Of a stretch of DNA of 64,000 nt, positions 19,628 to 29,779 are shown piece after piece. The DNA is from Halorarum halobium (lineage in GTDB: Archaea; Halobacteriota; Halobacteria; Halobacteriales; Haloferacaceae): positions 930,001 to 994,000 of the forward strand of contig NZ_CP134949.1 in NCBI RefSeq assembly GCF_032116555.1, given 5' to 3'. The first letter of the stretch is position 1, and every line of letters starts with the position of its first letter. The notes beneath the pieces are model-generated. The model was not told the origin of the DNA. It saw only the letters and a list, made by a program, of their open reading frames with translations, and made no database searches. The position numbers and the translations under genes were made by a program.

Positions 19628-20236
19628 GTGGGACTGTACGACCGGTACCTCGCGCTCCGCCACCGCCTCCACGACGAAGCCCCGCCGCGACACGTCGCGC
19701 TGGTCATCACCGAGCGCGACCTGCTCGAACAGGGTGCCTACGCGACGCTCGAGGACGTCCTCGGCTGGGCGTTCGAGTACGGCGCCGAGCGCGTCACCGT
19801 CTCCGTCTCGGTGCTCGACGAGGCGGTCGTGGACACGCTCGCCCGCGAACTCGCGGAGGTCGACTCGCCCCGGCGCGTCGCGGTCAGGACGCCCGAGGAC
19901 ACCGCCCGGGCCGACGCGCCGGTCCGGGTGAACATCGGCCTCGGCGGGAAGCGGGAGTTCGCCGCCGCTGTCCGGGAGATCGCCGAGGCCGTCGAGGCCG
20001 GGGACCTCTCGCCCGAGGACGTCGACGAGGCCGACATCGAGGAGCGACTGGTGTTCCCCGAGGAGCCCGACCTGGTGGTGAAGACGGGAGCGGAACGGCT
20101 CTCGGACTTCCTCATCTGGCAGTCGGTGTACTCGGAGCTCTATTTTACGGACGTGAACTGGCGCGACTTCCGGCTACGTGATTACCTGCGGGCGGTGCTG
20201 GACTACCAGAACCGGCAGCGACGGTTCGGGCGGTAG
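19628..20236 (+). CDS. cis-prenyltransferase family subunit (NUS1/NgBR-like, C-terminal RxG)
   Basis: PRHVALVITE in place of catalytic DGN; PDLVVKTGAERLSDFLIWQSVYSEL; ends QRRFGR. Confidence 0.88.
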   Translation: MGLYDRYLALRHRLHDEAPPRHVALVITERDLLEQGAYATLEDVLGWAFEYGAERVTVSVSVLDEAVVDTLARELAEVDSPRRVAVRTPEDTARADAPVRVNIGLGGKREFAAAVREIAEAVEAGDLSPEDVDEADIEERLVFPEEPDLVVKTGAERLSDFLIWQSVYSELYFTDVNWRDFRLRDYLRAVLDYQNRQRRFGR

Positions 20237-20294
20237 GTGGGAACAGCGCTGTTGGACACGTTCCGGCTCCCGACAGATGCGTCGTTGGCCCCGG

Positions 20295-20567
20295 TCGGAA
20301 CGGCTCGAAAGCCCCCGGCCCCTTTCAGTCCCACCCCGTGGGACGGTCGGGTCGTCGCGGTGGCTCCCCACGCCTCCCCGGCGGGCGCGGCTCGCTCCCA
20401 CGGGTCGCTCGCGATCGCGCCCGCCGCATCCCCCCGACCGTCAGCCGGGCGGCGTCACAGTGGACTACCCGCGGCGTGCGCACTCGGTAGTCAAGGTCGC
20501 GTCGCGTAGTTGGGAAACCGGCAGGGTGGGAACGGAAGGGGCCGCGGGGGCTTCCGAGACGTTCCGA
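20295..20567. mobile_element. MITE-like element with ~41-bp imperfect terminal inverted repeats (family B ends)
   Basis: TCGGAACGGCTCGAAAGCCCCCGGCCCCTTTCAGTCCCACCC versus reverse complement of 20524-20567; no credible ORF. Confidence 0.65.
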
Positions 20568-20662
20568 TTCCCCGCGAACGCTGAACGATCCAGTGCAGAC
20601 GCAAACCGCGAGCCACGGAAACCGCAAGCGATAGCACGGCCACTACGAACGACGAGGGAGAA

Positions 20663-21298
20663 ATGTCGTGGTTCGTCCTCGTCGTCGCCGGCCTGTTCGA
20701 GATCGCCTGGGCCATCGGCCTGGAGTACTCCGAGGGGCTCACAAAGCCGCTCCCGACCGCCGGAACCGCCCTCGCGCTCGTCGTCAGCATGGTGCTGCTC
20801 GCACAGGCCGTGCGGGACCTCCCCATCGGCACGGCCTACGCGGTCTGGACCGGCATCGGCGTGGTCGGGACCGCGACGCTCGGCATCGTGCTGTTCGACG
20901 AACCGGCGTCGCTCGCGCGCGTCTCGTTCATCATCGTCATCGTCGTCGGCGGCGTGGCGCTCCTCCTGTACCTCCTCCCGCCGCTCCTGCTCGTCGCCGG
21001 CGGCTACGCGTTCGTCCGCTCGGGCGGCATCGTAACCGCGATGGCCGTCAGCGGCGGGGCGAGCGTGGCGGCGGGGTACACACCGGTGATGATTCTCGGC
21101 GCGTTCCTCGTCACCACCTCCGCCAGCACGTCCGCCGGCATCAGGGTCGCCGCCTCCCCATCCGGTATCCTCGGCGTCGCGGCCGCGTTGGTGTACCCGC
21201 TGGTCTTCGGCGCGCTCGGCGGGATGCTGGCGAAGCGACGTCTCCAGACGGCTGATGAGACCGGAGCCACTCGGGAGTCCGCGTTCGACCGCCCCTGA
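20663..21298 (+). CDS. sugE: SMR family (SugE/Gdx-like) transporter fused to an unrelated membrane segment
   Basis: [11 protein letters not shown] and [11 protein letters not shown] in the first ~97 aa; ~110 extra hydrophobic residues; purine-rich GAGGGAG before ATG. Confidence 0.75.
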   Translation: MSWFVLVVAGLFEIAWAIGLEYSEGLTKPLPTAGTALALVVSMVLLAQAVRDLPIGTAYAVWTGIGVVGTATLGIVLFDEPASLARVSFIIVIVVGGVALLLYLLPPLLLVAGGYAFVRSGGIVTAMAVSGGASVAAGYTPVMILGAFLVTTSASTSAGIRVAASPSGILGVAAALVYPLVFGALGGMLAKRRLQTADETGATRESAFDRP

Positions 21299-22231
21299 TC
21301 AGTCCGCCGTCTCGCCGCTCGACTCCAGGACCTCCTCCATCTCTGCCGCGTCGCCGCTCGGCAGCGTCTCGCGCAGCCGACCGGCGACCGCGCGGGCGGC
21401 CTCCGTCTCGGTCGCCGCGAGCGAGCGGACGAGCGCGACGGCGCGTTTCGTCCGGGCGCGCCGCCAGGACTCCTCGCGGGCCTCGTACGTCCGGATGCCA
21501 CGCAGCAGGTCGACCTTGGAGAACTCCGGCCAGTACGGCGTACAGAAGAACACCGCAGCCTCGTTGCCGTTGGCGTGCCACGGCAGGAAGTTCGAGGTGC
21601 GCTCGTCGCCGCCGGTCCGGATGATGAGGTCGACGTCGCGAACCGGGCTGCGGTAGAGGCGCGACTCGACCTCCGCGACGTCGACGTCGCTCGCGGCGAG
21701 GGAGCCGTCGGCCACGTCCTCGGCGACCTCGTGGACCGCGCCGAGCAGTTCGTTCCGGCCGCCGTAGGCGAGCGCGATGTTGAGGGTGAAGCCCTCGTGG
21801 CCGACCGTCCGGGCCTCGGCGTAGTCCACCGCCTCGCGCACGCGCTCCGGGAGCATCCCGACGTCGCCGAGCGCGCGGACCCGCACCTCCTGCTCGTGGA
21901 CGCGGTCGGCGTCGGCGAACTCCCGGAGTTTCCCCTCGAGCAGGTCGAAGAGGGGCTGGAGTTGCTCCTCCGGTCGCTCGAAGTTCTCCGTCGAGAACGC
22001 GTACAGGGTGAGCTCCTCGACGCCGAGTTCGGCACACCAGTCGAGCACGCGCTCGGTCGTGTCCGCGCCGGCCTGATAGCCCTCGGCGGTGTCCTCGCCC
22101 TGCTTGCGGGCGTACCGGCGGTTGCCGTCCTGGATGATGGCGACGTGTTTCGGCGCGCCGGAGATCTCGCGGCGGAGCAGCCCCTCGTACGCGCGCTCGA
22201 ACGCGGTCCGGAGGCGGGCGGGGACGTTCAC
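21299..22231 (-). CDS. uppS: Polyprenyl diphosphate synthase (catalytic cis-prenyltransferase)
   Basis: HVAIIQDGNRRYA, YAFSTENFERP, DLIIRTGGDERTSNFLPW. Confidence 0.95.
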   Translation of the reverse strand: MNVPARLRTAFERAYEGLLRREISGAPKHVAIIQDGNRRYARKQGEDTAEGYQAGADTTERVLDWCAELGVEELTLYAFSTENFERPEEQLQPLFDLLEGKLREFADADRVHEQEVRVRALGDVGMLPERVREAVDYAEARTVGHEGFTLNIALAYGGRNELLGAVHEVAEDVADGSLAASDVDVAEVESRLYRSPVRDVDLIIRTGGDERTSNFLPWHANGNEAAVFFCTPYWPEFSKVDLLRGIRTYEAREESWRRARTKRAVALVRSLAATETEAARAVAGRLRETLPSGDAAEMEEVLESSGETAD

Positions 22232-22379
22232 GCTGCCCTCACGTGATGCCCCGAAGGATATGTGTCTTTTGAGAACAGTCCGTGCGGTCGCCGCCCGTGG
22301 CCCGTCATCGGGCTAGCCAGGCAGCCGGGCGACCTTCGTTACGTCGCCGATAACACCCGCCCAACGTCCGCCCGCCGAG

Positions 22380-23261
22380 TCACTCGGTGCCGGCCGGGTC
22401 GGCGACCGATTCGACGACCTCGAGGTCGCCGGTGAGCTGACGGTGGACGTACGGCATGTCGATCCCTTCCGCGTCGAAGCGCTCCTTCACGGCCTGCACG
22501 TACGCCGAGCGCACGCCGACGAAGTCCGCGCGGTCCGGGTCCTCGATCCAGAAGCGCGACTGGAGGCCGACCGCCGAGTCGCCGAGTTCGGTCACGCGGA
22601 CCGACGGCGCGGGGTCCTCGAGGACTCCCTCGGTGGCCTCGGCCTCCTCGATCAGGCAGTCGGTCGCGTGGTCGATGTCGTCGTCGTAGCCGATGCCGAA
22701 GACGAACGTCTGGCGGAGCGTGTCGGACGCGACCGGGTTCGTGACCGCGTTGTTCGCCAGTTCGCCGTTCGGCACGGTGATCCGCTCGTTGTCGAACGTC
22801 CGGATCCGCGAGACGCGGAGGTCGATGTCCTCGACCCGGCCCGCTGTGTCGTTCCACTCGATCCAGTCGCCCACCTCGAAGGGTCTGTCCTTGAGGATGA
22901 ACACCCCGGCCACGAAGTTGCCGATGAGGTCCTGGGCGGCAAAGCCGACGGCGAGCGCGAGCGCGCCGCCGAGCGCGGCAAAGGCGGTCAGCGACGCGCC
23001 GGGGACGCCGACGCTGAACGCCACCGCGACCGCCGCGAACAGCACGAGTCCGCCCGCGACGCTGTCGGCGAGACCGAGCACGCCCTCGTCGAACCCGCGG
23101 GCCGACAGCGACCGTTTCACCAGCGGGACGAACGCGACCCTGCCGACGACGTAGACGACGACGAACGCGAGCACGAAGAACAGCGCCCGTCTGACGTACG
23201 CCTCGACGTTCGTGAACAGCGCCCCGGCGTCGAACCCCAGCTGCAGAACGAGCGTTTGCAT
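22380..23261 (-). CDS. mscS: Small-conductance mechanosensitive channel
   Basis: VGFAAQDLIGNFVAG, RPFEVGDWI, ITVPNGEL, FDAEGIDMPY. Confidence 0.9.
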   Translation of the reverse strand: MQTLVLQLGFDAGALFTNVEAYVRRALFFVLAFVVVYVVGRVAFVPLVKRSLSARGFDEGVLGLADSVAGGLVLFAAVAVAFSVGVPGASLTAFAALGGALALAVGFAAQDLIGNFVAGVFILKDRPFEVGDWIEWNDTAGRVEDIDLRVSRIRTFDNERITVPNGELANNAVTNPVASDTLRQTFVFGIGYDDDIDHATDCLIEEAEATEGVLEDPAPSVRVTELGDSAVGLQSRFWIEDPDRADFVGVRSAYVQAVKERFDAEGIDMPYVHRQLTGDLEVVESVADPAGTE

Positions 23262-23403
23262 CGGCCCCGGCTTCGCGCGGTCTTTTAAAGAAGCTGGCGG
23301 CGGCGCTGCCGGCGTCGACGGCGAGGGCGACGGTGGCAAGGGAAGCAGCGGCGGTGGAGTACGGCGGTGGAGACGGCGACGGTGACAGGCCGTTCCCAGT
23401 CGC

Positions 23404-24573
23404 TCACGGCGACAGCGGGCCGTCCCGCGAGGCCACGCCACGGAACCGCTCGCCGTGGACGTCCTCGCGGTCGAGCGCGCCGAAGAGTCGGCCGTGGAGC
23501 CAACCGAGGTCATCCCTCGGGCCGTCGCCACCCGTCGGGTCGGCGGCCTCCACGTCCCCGCGCCGGTGGCGATCCGGAAGGAAGCGGTCGTACACGGGGA
23601 GGCGTTCGTACAGCGGGACGCCGCCGGACTCGGCGATCTCCTCGAGTTCACGGAGCGCGGGCCACTCGTAGTCCGGGTTGATGTAGTCGTCCGTCACGGG
23701 CGAGACGCCGCCCAGGTCGTCGACGCCGCAGTCGAGCAGGTCGCGGACGGGCGCGAGGTTCGGGGGCGCTTGCACCGACACCGCCCCGGGCAGCGCGGCG
23801 CGGGCCATCGAAACGACGCGGCGCATCGTTTCGGTCGAGGGGGCGTCGTAGTCCGAACGCTCGTTCGGCACGACCGGCTGGACGATGACCTCCTGGACGT
23901 GGCCGTAGCGCTCGTGGAGCGCCCGAACGGCGAGCAGCGACTCGGCGCGGTCCCGCCACCCCTCGCCGATGCCGACGAGGATGCCGGTGGTGAACGGGAC
24001 GCGCGCCTCGCCGGCCGCGCGGATGGTGGCGAGCCGCTGGCCGGGCGTCTTCCGGCGGGCGCCGGCGTGGGCGTCCACGTCGGCGGTCGTCTCCAGCATC
24101 ACGCCCATCGAGACGTTCACGTCGCGGAGGCGCTCGAACTCCGCGCGGGTGAGGTCGCCCGGGTTCGAGTGCGGGAGCAGCCCCTCCTCCAGCGCGATCT
24201 CGCAGGCGCGGACGTGGTAGTCGACGATGGAGTCGTGGCCCCACTCCGCTAGCTGGTCGTGGATGGCCGCGTAGCGGTCGTCCGGTTTGTCGCCGAAGGT
24301 GAACAGCGCCTCGGTACAGCCGGCGTCCGCGCCGATGCGACACTGCTCGCGAACCTCCTCGGGGCTCATGAGGCTCGCCTCGCCGGGGACGTCGTAGTAG
24401 GTGCAGTAGGTGCAGGTGTACCGGCAGGCGGTGGTGAGCGGCAGGAAGACGTTCCGCGCGAACGTGAGCTCCGGGGCCGGGTCGACGTCTTCGGGCGTGA
24501 CCGTGAGGAGGTCGTCGACCTCGTCGGAGTCGACCGTCACGTCGACGTCGTACCGTGCGGCGTCGGGGAACAC
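23404..24573 (-). CDS. cofG: FO synthase subunit 1 (radical SAM)
   Basis: CRYTCTYC, LLPHSNPG, PFTTGILVGIGE, YGHVQEVI, DDLGGVSPVT. Confidence 0.93.
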   Translation of the reverse strand: MFPDAARYDVDVTVDSDEVDDLLTVTPEDVDPAPELTFARNVFLPLTTACRYTCTYCTYYDVPGEASLMSPEEVREQCRIGADAGCTEALFTFGDKPDDRYAAIHDQLAEWGHDSIVDYHVRACEIALEEGLLPHSNPGDLTRAEFERLRDVNVSMGVMLETTADVDAHAGARRKTPGQRLATIRAAGEARVPFTTGILVGIGEGWRDRAESLLAVRALHERYGHVQEVIVQPVVPNERSDYDAPSTETMRRVVSMARAALPGAVSVQAPPNLAPVRDLLDCGVDDLGGVSPVTDDYINPDYEWPALRELEEIAESGGVPLYERLPVYDRFLPDRHRRGDVEAADPTGGDGPRDDLGWLHGRLFGALDREDVHGERFRGVASRDGPLSP

Positions 24574-24630
24574 GTTTCGGTGTGGCCGTCGGATCGTGAA
24601 AAAGGGACTCGGTCGCGGAGATGACGGGGA

Positions 24631-24684
24631 CCGGAAGCCCGCCCGGCTCACGAGCACTCACCCGAGCGCCGCGGGGGCTTTCCA
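24631..24684. repeat. Short family B remnant
   Basis: GGAAGCCC...AGCGCCGCGGGGGCTTTCC. Confidence 0.55.
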
Positions 24685-24811
24685 GGCGTGCGACACGACG
24701 GCAGACCAATCCACGAAATCGAGCGCCCGAGCCGCCTCCATCGAGAGAATCGGGCGACGTTCGAAACCCGACTCCACACAGTTTATCACCCGCTCGTCGC
24801 AACACTTGCCC

Positions 24812-25954
24812 ATGAACTTCGATCTACCCGCCGAACACCGGATGATCCGGGACCAGGTTCGGGAGTTCTGCGAGGAGGAGATCGCCCCCATCGCCCAGGA
24901 GATCGAGGACGAGCACCGCTTCCCGGCCGAGGTGTTCGACCAGCTCGCCGACCTCGACATGCTCGGCGTCCCCATCGACGAGGCGTACGGCGGGCTCGGC
25001 GGCGACCAGCTCATGTACGCGCTCGTGACCGAGGAGCTCGGCCGCGTCTCGGGCGGCATCGGGCTCTCGTACGCCGCGCACGTCTCGCTCGCATCCAAGC
25101 CCATCGAGCTGTTCGGCACCGACGAGCAGAAGGAGCGCTGGCTTCGCCCGCTCGCCGAGGGCGAGTACCTCGGCTCGTGGGCGCTCACCGAACCCGGCTC
25201 GGGCTCGGACGCCTCGAACATGGAGACCACCGCCGAGAAGGAGGGCGACGAGTGGGTCATCGACGGCACCAAGCAGTTCATCACCAACGCGAACGTCGCC
25301 GGCTCCGTGCTCGTGAAGGCCGTCACCGACCCCGAGGCGGGCTACGACGGCATCTCGACGTTCATCGTGGACCCGGAGGCGGACGACGGGTTCGAGGTGA
25401 CGACCGTGTGGGACAAGATGGGCCTCAACTGTTCGCCCACCTGCGAGATCCAGTTCGACGACGTCCGGCTGCCCGAGGACCGCCTGCTCGGCGAGGCGGG
25501 CGAGGGGTGGAAACAGACGATGAAGACGCTCGACGGCGGGCGCGTCTCCATCGCCGCGCTGTCGGTCGGGCTCGCGCAGGGGGCTTACGAGGCCGCCGAG
25601 TCCTACGCCGGCGAGCGCGAGCAGTTCGGCCAACCCATCTCGAAGTTCGACGCAATCCGCGACAAGCTGGTGGACATGCACCGCAAGACCGAGCGCGCCC
25701 GACTGTTGACCCACAAGTCCGCCAGCCTGTACGATCGGGGCGAGTCGGTCACCCGCGAGTCGGCGCTCGCCAAACTCGACGCCAGCGAGGCGGCCCGCGA
25801 GGTCGCCGAGGACGCCGTCCAGGTGCTGGGCGGCTACGGCTACACCACCGACTTCGCTCCCCAGCGATTCTACCGCGACGCGAAGCTGATGGAGATCGGC
25901 GAAGGCACGAGCGAGATCCAGCACGTGGTCATCGGCCGCGAACTCGGGCTCTGA
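24812..25954 (+). CDS. Acyl-CoA dehydrogenase
   Basis: [36 protein letters not shown]. Confidence 0.95.
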   Translation: MNFDLPAEHRMIRDQVREFCEEEIAPIAQEIEDEHRFPAEVFDQLADLDMLGVPIDEAYGGLGGDQLMYALVTEELGRVSGGIGLSYAAHVSLASKPIELFGTDEQKERWLRPLAEGEYLGSWALTEPGSGSDASNMETTAEKEGDEWVIDGTKQFITNANVAGSVLVKAVTDPEAGYDGISTFIVDPEADDGFEVTTVWDKMGLNCSPTCEIQFDDVRLPEDRLLGEAGEGWKQTMKTLDGGRVSIAALSVGLAQGAYEAAESYAGEREQFGQPISKFDAIRDKLVDMHRKTERARLLTHKSASLYDRGESVTRESALAKLDASEAAREVAEDAVQVLGGYGYTTDFAPQRFYRDAKLMEIGEGTSEIQHVVIGRELGL

Positions 25955-26093
25955 TCCGGGTCCCGTCGCCGGTCGACCGCTCGTCGTTCTCCCGTCCGTC
26001 GCCCGATCCGTCCCCGACGAGAACGTTATCAGCGGCGATACCGATGGGGGTAGCCTTTTCCCTCACCCGCGGTCCTGTCAGCCCGAACCGGGA

Positions 26094-28223
26094 ATGGGAG
26101 TCGACATGGTCGCGTGGCTCGCCGCCGCATCCCTCCTCGCTGCGGTCGTCAGTCTCGCCGTCGTCCCGAGCGTTCACCGCGCGACGCGCGGCAGCCCCGG
26201 CTACGTCCGGACGCTGGCCACCGGCTCGCTCGTCGCCGCGGCCCTCTGGTCGGTCGCCCACTGCTTCGCGCTGACGGCCGACACCCTCGCCGCACAGGAG
26301 ACGTGGGCCACCATCGGCATCGCGGTCGGCGCGCCGCTGGTCACCTGCTGGTTCGCGCTCGCCTACCGACTCTTCCGGCCCGAGGAGCGGCTCGGCCGCC
26401 GCGAGGTCGCGTTCCTCGCCGCCGAACCGCTGGTCACGGCGGTCGGCGTGCTGACCGGGACCGGCTGGTTCTTCGATGGCCGCCGGCTCCTCGGGCGGAG
26501 CGACGGGACCTTGCTCGTGCTGGAGCCGGGAGTCGGGCTCCACCTGCACACGCTCTACACCGCGGGGCTCGGGATCGCCGGGACGGCGCTGCTGGTCCGC
26601 AGCGCCGACCGGGGCGGGACCGGGACGCGGGGCCGCGTCGGCCTGCTGGTCGCCGGCGCGATCGTGCCGGGGCTCACCTGGAGCGTCTGGCTGCTGGGGC
26701 TGCCCGGCGCGCTGGCACCGGATTACACGCCCGTCGCGCTCGGCTTCTCGGCGGTCTGCATCCACGTCGCCACGAGACAGTACTGGCTGTTCGGTCCCCA
26801 GTCGGCCGCGCGAAACGCGGTGTTCGACGGGCTGCGGGACGCGGTCGTCGTGGTCGACGACCGGGGGACGCTCACCGACGCGAACCCGGCCGCGCGGGAG
26901 ACGTTCGACGTGACCGACGCGGACCTGGGGCGGGACGCGGCGACCGTCCTCCCGAGCGACGTCCCGGTCGAACGGGACGGGGACGACGAGTTCGGCACCG
27001 TCAAACACCGTGTCGACGGGCGCTCCCGCTATCTGGAACCGCGCTGGCGGTCGCTCCCCTCGGCCGGCGGCGGGACGGTGATCTCCTTCCGGGACGTCAC
27101 GGAACGGACGCAGGTCGAGCGCCGGTACCGCTCGTACGTCGAGCACAGCCACGACGTTGTGGTCGTCACGGACGCGGACGGCGTCCTCGAGTACGTCAGC
27201 CCGGCCATCGAACACGTCCTGGGGTACGAGCAGGACGCAGCCGCCGGGAAGTCGCTCACCGACTACATCCACCCCGACGACACGCAGGACGTCGCGGCGT
27301 CGCTCGCGGAGTCGCTCGACAGCCCCGGCGAGGGCGTCCGGGTGACGTTCCGCGCGCGCCACGCCGACGGCGGGTGGCGGACGCTGGAGGGCGTCGGCGT
27401 GAACGGCTTCGACGACCCCGACATCGGCGGGTTCCTCGTCACGCTCCGTGACACGACCACGAGGGACCGCTACGACCAGCGGCTGCGGGTGCTCACCCGG
27501 GTGCTCAGACACGACCTCCGGAACGAACTCAACGTGGTGATGGGCTACGCCAGTTCGCTCGCGGACGCCGACAGGGAGCCGGTGGCACACAAGGGGACCA
27601 CCATCCGGCGCGCGGCAGAGCGGCTCGCGGACCTGGGCGAGCGCGTCCGCGGCGTCGACAGGACGCTCCGGGACGCCGACCACGGCGGTCGACCGCTGTA
27701 CGTCGACGAGGTCGTCGAGGCCGTCGCGGACCTGGCCACCGACCGGCACCCCGCCGCGACGGTGACGACCGACTGCGAGGAGGGGGTCGCGGCCTACGCG
27801 GACGGGCTGCTCGCCACGGCGCTGTGGAACGTCGTCGAGAACGGCATCGTCCACAACGACGGGCCCTCGCCGACCGTCTCGGTCGCCGTCGACGCCGACG
27901 AACGCGCCGTCGAACTCGTCGTCCGCGACGACGGCCCCGGCATTCCCGCCGGCGAGCGCTCGGCAGTCGAAGCGGGCCACGAGACCCAGCTCGAACACGC
28001 GAGCGGGCTCGGGCTCTGGCTCGTCCGCTGGGTGCTCGACGGCGTCGACGGCGAGTTACGCTTCCCGGACACCGACGCCGGCGGCGCGGTGGTGTTGCGG
28101 CTCCGCGCGGCTGACCCGGCGGACGCCGACAGCGTCCGGATGCCGACGCCGGCCGAGTGGACGAAACCCGGCGCGCGCTCGCCGGCGGACGCTCCGATGG
28201 AGGGTCAGCGCGGCACCGACTGA
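26094..28223 (+). CDS. Sensor histidine kinase (N-terminal 7TM, two PAS domains)
   Basis: H-box RHDLRNELNV, N-box VENGIVHN, DDGPGIP, SGLGLWLV; PAS YIHPDD. Confidence 0.92.
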   Translation: MGVDMVAWLAAASLLAAVVSLAVVPSVHRATRGSPGYVRTLATGSLVAAALWSVAHCFALTADTLAAQETWATIGIAVGAPLVTCWFALAYRLFRPEERLGRREVAFLAAEPLVTAVGVLTGTGWFFDGRRLLGRSDGTLLVLEPGVGLHLHTLYTAGLGIAGTALLVRSADRGGTGTRGRVGLLVAGAIVPGLTWSVWLLGLPGALAPDYTPVALGFSAVCIHVATRQYWLFGPQSAARNAVFDGLRDAVVVVDDRGTLTDANPAARETFDVTDADLGRDAATVLPSDVPVERDGDDEFGTVKHRVDGRSRYLEPRWRSLPSAGGGTVISFRDVTERTQVERRYRSYVEHSHDVVVVTDADGVLEYVSPAIEHVLGYEQDAAAGKSLTDYIHPDDTQDVAASLAESLDSPGEGVRVTFRARHADGGWRTLEGVGVNGFDDPDIGGFLVTLRDTTTRDRYDQRLRVLTRVLRHDLRNELNVVMGYASSLADADREPVAHKGTTIRRAAERLADLGERVRGVDRTLRDADHGGRPLYVDEVVEAVADLATDRHPAATVTTDCEEGVAAYADGLLATALWNVVENGIVHNDGPSPTVSVAVDADERAVELVVRDDGPGIPAGERSAVEAGHETQLEHASGLGLWLVRWVLDGVDGELRFPDTDAGGAVVLRLRAADPADADSVRMPTPAEWTKPGARSPADAPMEGQRGTD

Positions 28224-28672
28224 CCGACGAGCACCAGCGGCTCCCAGTCGCCCCGGTCGACGACGTCGGTCCCCGCGTCGAACGCACGTTCGTGGAGCGC
28301 CCGCAGCGCCGCGAGTTCGGCGTCGCCGCCGTCGATCGCGGCCCCGAACTCGGGCCACACCCGCGGCGGCACGAGCAGGTAGTGGACGTCGCCCTCGCGT
28401 GCGACGAGCGGGTCGTGCGAGAACGAGCGGCGGTACTCGAAGACGAGGTCGGTGACGCCGGGATACGTCGTCACGGACTCGTGGAGCCGGGCGGCGGCCG
28501 TTCGAACCGTCCCTCCGTCGAGGCCGCGTTCGGCGGCGACCGCGGGAACGTGTCTCGCCAGCACCGACGGCACCGTCGGGCCGTCCCCGACTCCTCCGTC
28601 GCCGTCATCGGCCCTCTCGGCGGCCTTACCGCCCTGGCTGTCCCCACAACGCTCCCCGTCCACGTCCGTCAT
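28205..28672 (-). CDS. Hypothetical haloarchaeal protein
   Basis: Acidic ORF filling the gap; YPGVTDLVFEYRRSF...VWPEF. Confidence 0.65.
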   Translation of the reverse strand: MTDVDGERCGDSQGGKAAERADDGDGGVGDGPTVPSVLARHVPAVAAERGLDGGTVRTAAARLHESVTTYPGVTDLVFEYRRSFSHDPLVAREGDVHYLLVPPRVWPEFGAAIDGGDAELAALRALHERAFDAGTDVVDRGDWEPLVLVGQSVPR

Positions 28673-28743
28673 GCCGGGTCGTTGCCGTCGCGCCGGCATG
28701 AAGCGTCCGGTGGGTCGAAGTACCCCGCCGGCAGACGGAAGGT

Positions 28744-29712
28744 ATGAGCACGCGGGAGCGCCGGGGAGCCCCGGCCAGACTCGTCGTCGGCGAATGCATC
28801 GTCGACCTCCACCCGTCCGGGGCGGGGGGCGTCGGCGACGCGACGGCCTACACCCGTCGGGCCGGCGGTGCCCCGGCAAACGTCGCCGTGGGACTGGCAC
28901 GCCTGGGCGCCACGCCGCTGTTCAGGACGCGACTCGGTGACGACGGCTTCGGTGCGTTCCTCGCGGACGCGCTCGCGACCGAGGGCGTTCCGGACGAACT
29001 CGTCGAACGCGACCCCGACGCGCCGACCGGCCTCGCGGTCGTCGGCCGCGACGACGCCGGCGACCGCTCGTTCTCGCTCTATCTCGAGGGAACGGCGAGC
29101 ACGCGGTTCGAATCGGGCGTCCCAGCGAACTCGACGCTCGCGGGCGTCGACTGGGTCCACGTCGGCGGCGTCCTGCTGGCGTTCGAGCCGGCCCGTTCGG
29201 CGCTGTTCGACCTGCTCGACCGGGTCCCGCGGGACGCGACCGTCTCGGTCGACCCGAACGCCCGCCCGGGGCTCTGGACCGAGTTCGACTACGTCGACAC
29301 GCTCGACCGGCTGCTGGGGGTCGCGGACGTCGTCGTCGCGTCGCCGGAGGACCTCCACCCCGCCGGTTTCGCCGGAGAGGGGCCGGAACTGGCGGCCGAC
29401 GTCCTCGATGCCGGCCCGCACACGGCGCTCGTCACGCGTGGTGCCGAGGGGGCCTGCGGGTGCGCGACCGACGCCGCACCGTGGGGGCCCGCGGACGGTG
29501 AGCACGCAGGCTTCGCCGTCGACGTCGTCGACACGACCGGCGCGGGCGACGCGTTCACGGCGGGCGCGATCGAGGCGCTCTCGGGCGGTCGCTCGCTGGC
29601 CGAGACGCTCGCGTTCGCAAACGCCGTCGGCGCGGCGTCGACGACCGCGGAGGGCGCGATGGCCGCGCTGCCCGACCGCGACGCGGTCGACGCGATGCTG
29701 GCCGGGGACTGA
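28744..29712 (+). CDS. PfkB family carbohydrate kinase (fructokinase-like)
   Basis: GGAPANVAVGLARLG, DPNARP, DTTGAGDAF. Confidence 0.93.
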   Translation: MSTRERRGAPARLVVGECIVDLHPSGAGGVGDATAYTRRAGGAPANVAVGLARLGATPLFRTRLGDDGFGAFLADALATEGVPDELVERDPDAPTGLAVVGRDDAGDRSFSLYLEGTASTRFESGVPANSTLAGVDWVHVGGVLLAFEPARSALFDLLDRVPRDATVSVDPNARPGLWTEFDYVDTLDRLLGVADVVVASPEDLHPAGFAGEGPELAADVLDAGPHTALVTRGAEGACGCATDAAPWGPADGEHAGFAVDVVDTTGAGDAFTAGAIEALSGGRSLAETLAFANAVGAASTTAEGAMAALPDRDAVDAMLAGD

Positions 29713-29779
29713 CGGGCGGCACCCGTCGACGGGCGACCGCCTCGCCACGTTCTTGCCGTCCGGGTCGGAACGGAACGCC

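Noticed and set aside
20570..20662. Guanidine riboswitch upstream of the SugE-like gene
   Set aside because: ACGG/ACGA tetramers are present but not closed by paired stems; no convincing guanidine-I/II/III structure by eye (an Rfam scan would settle it)
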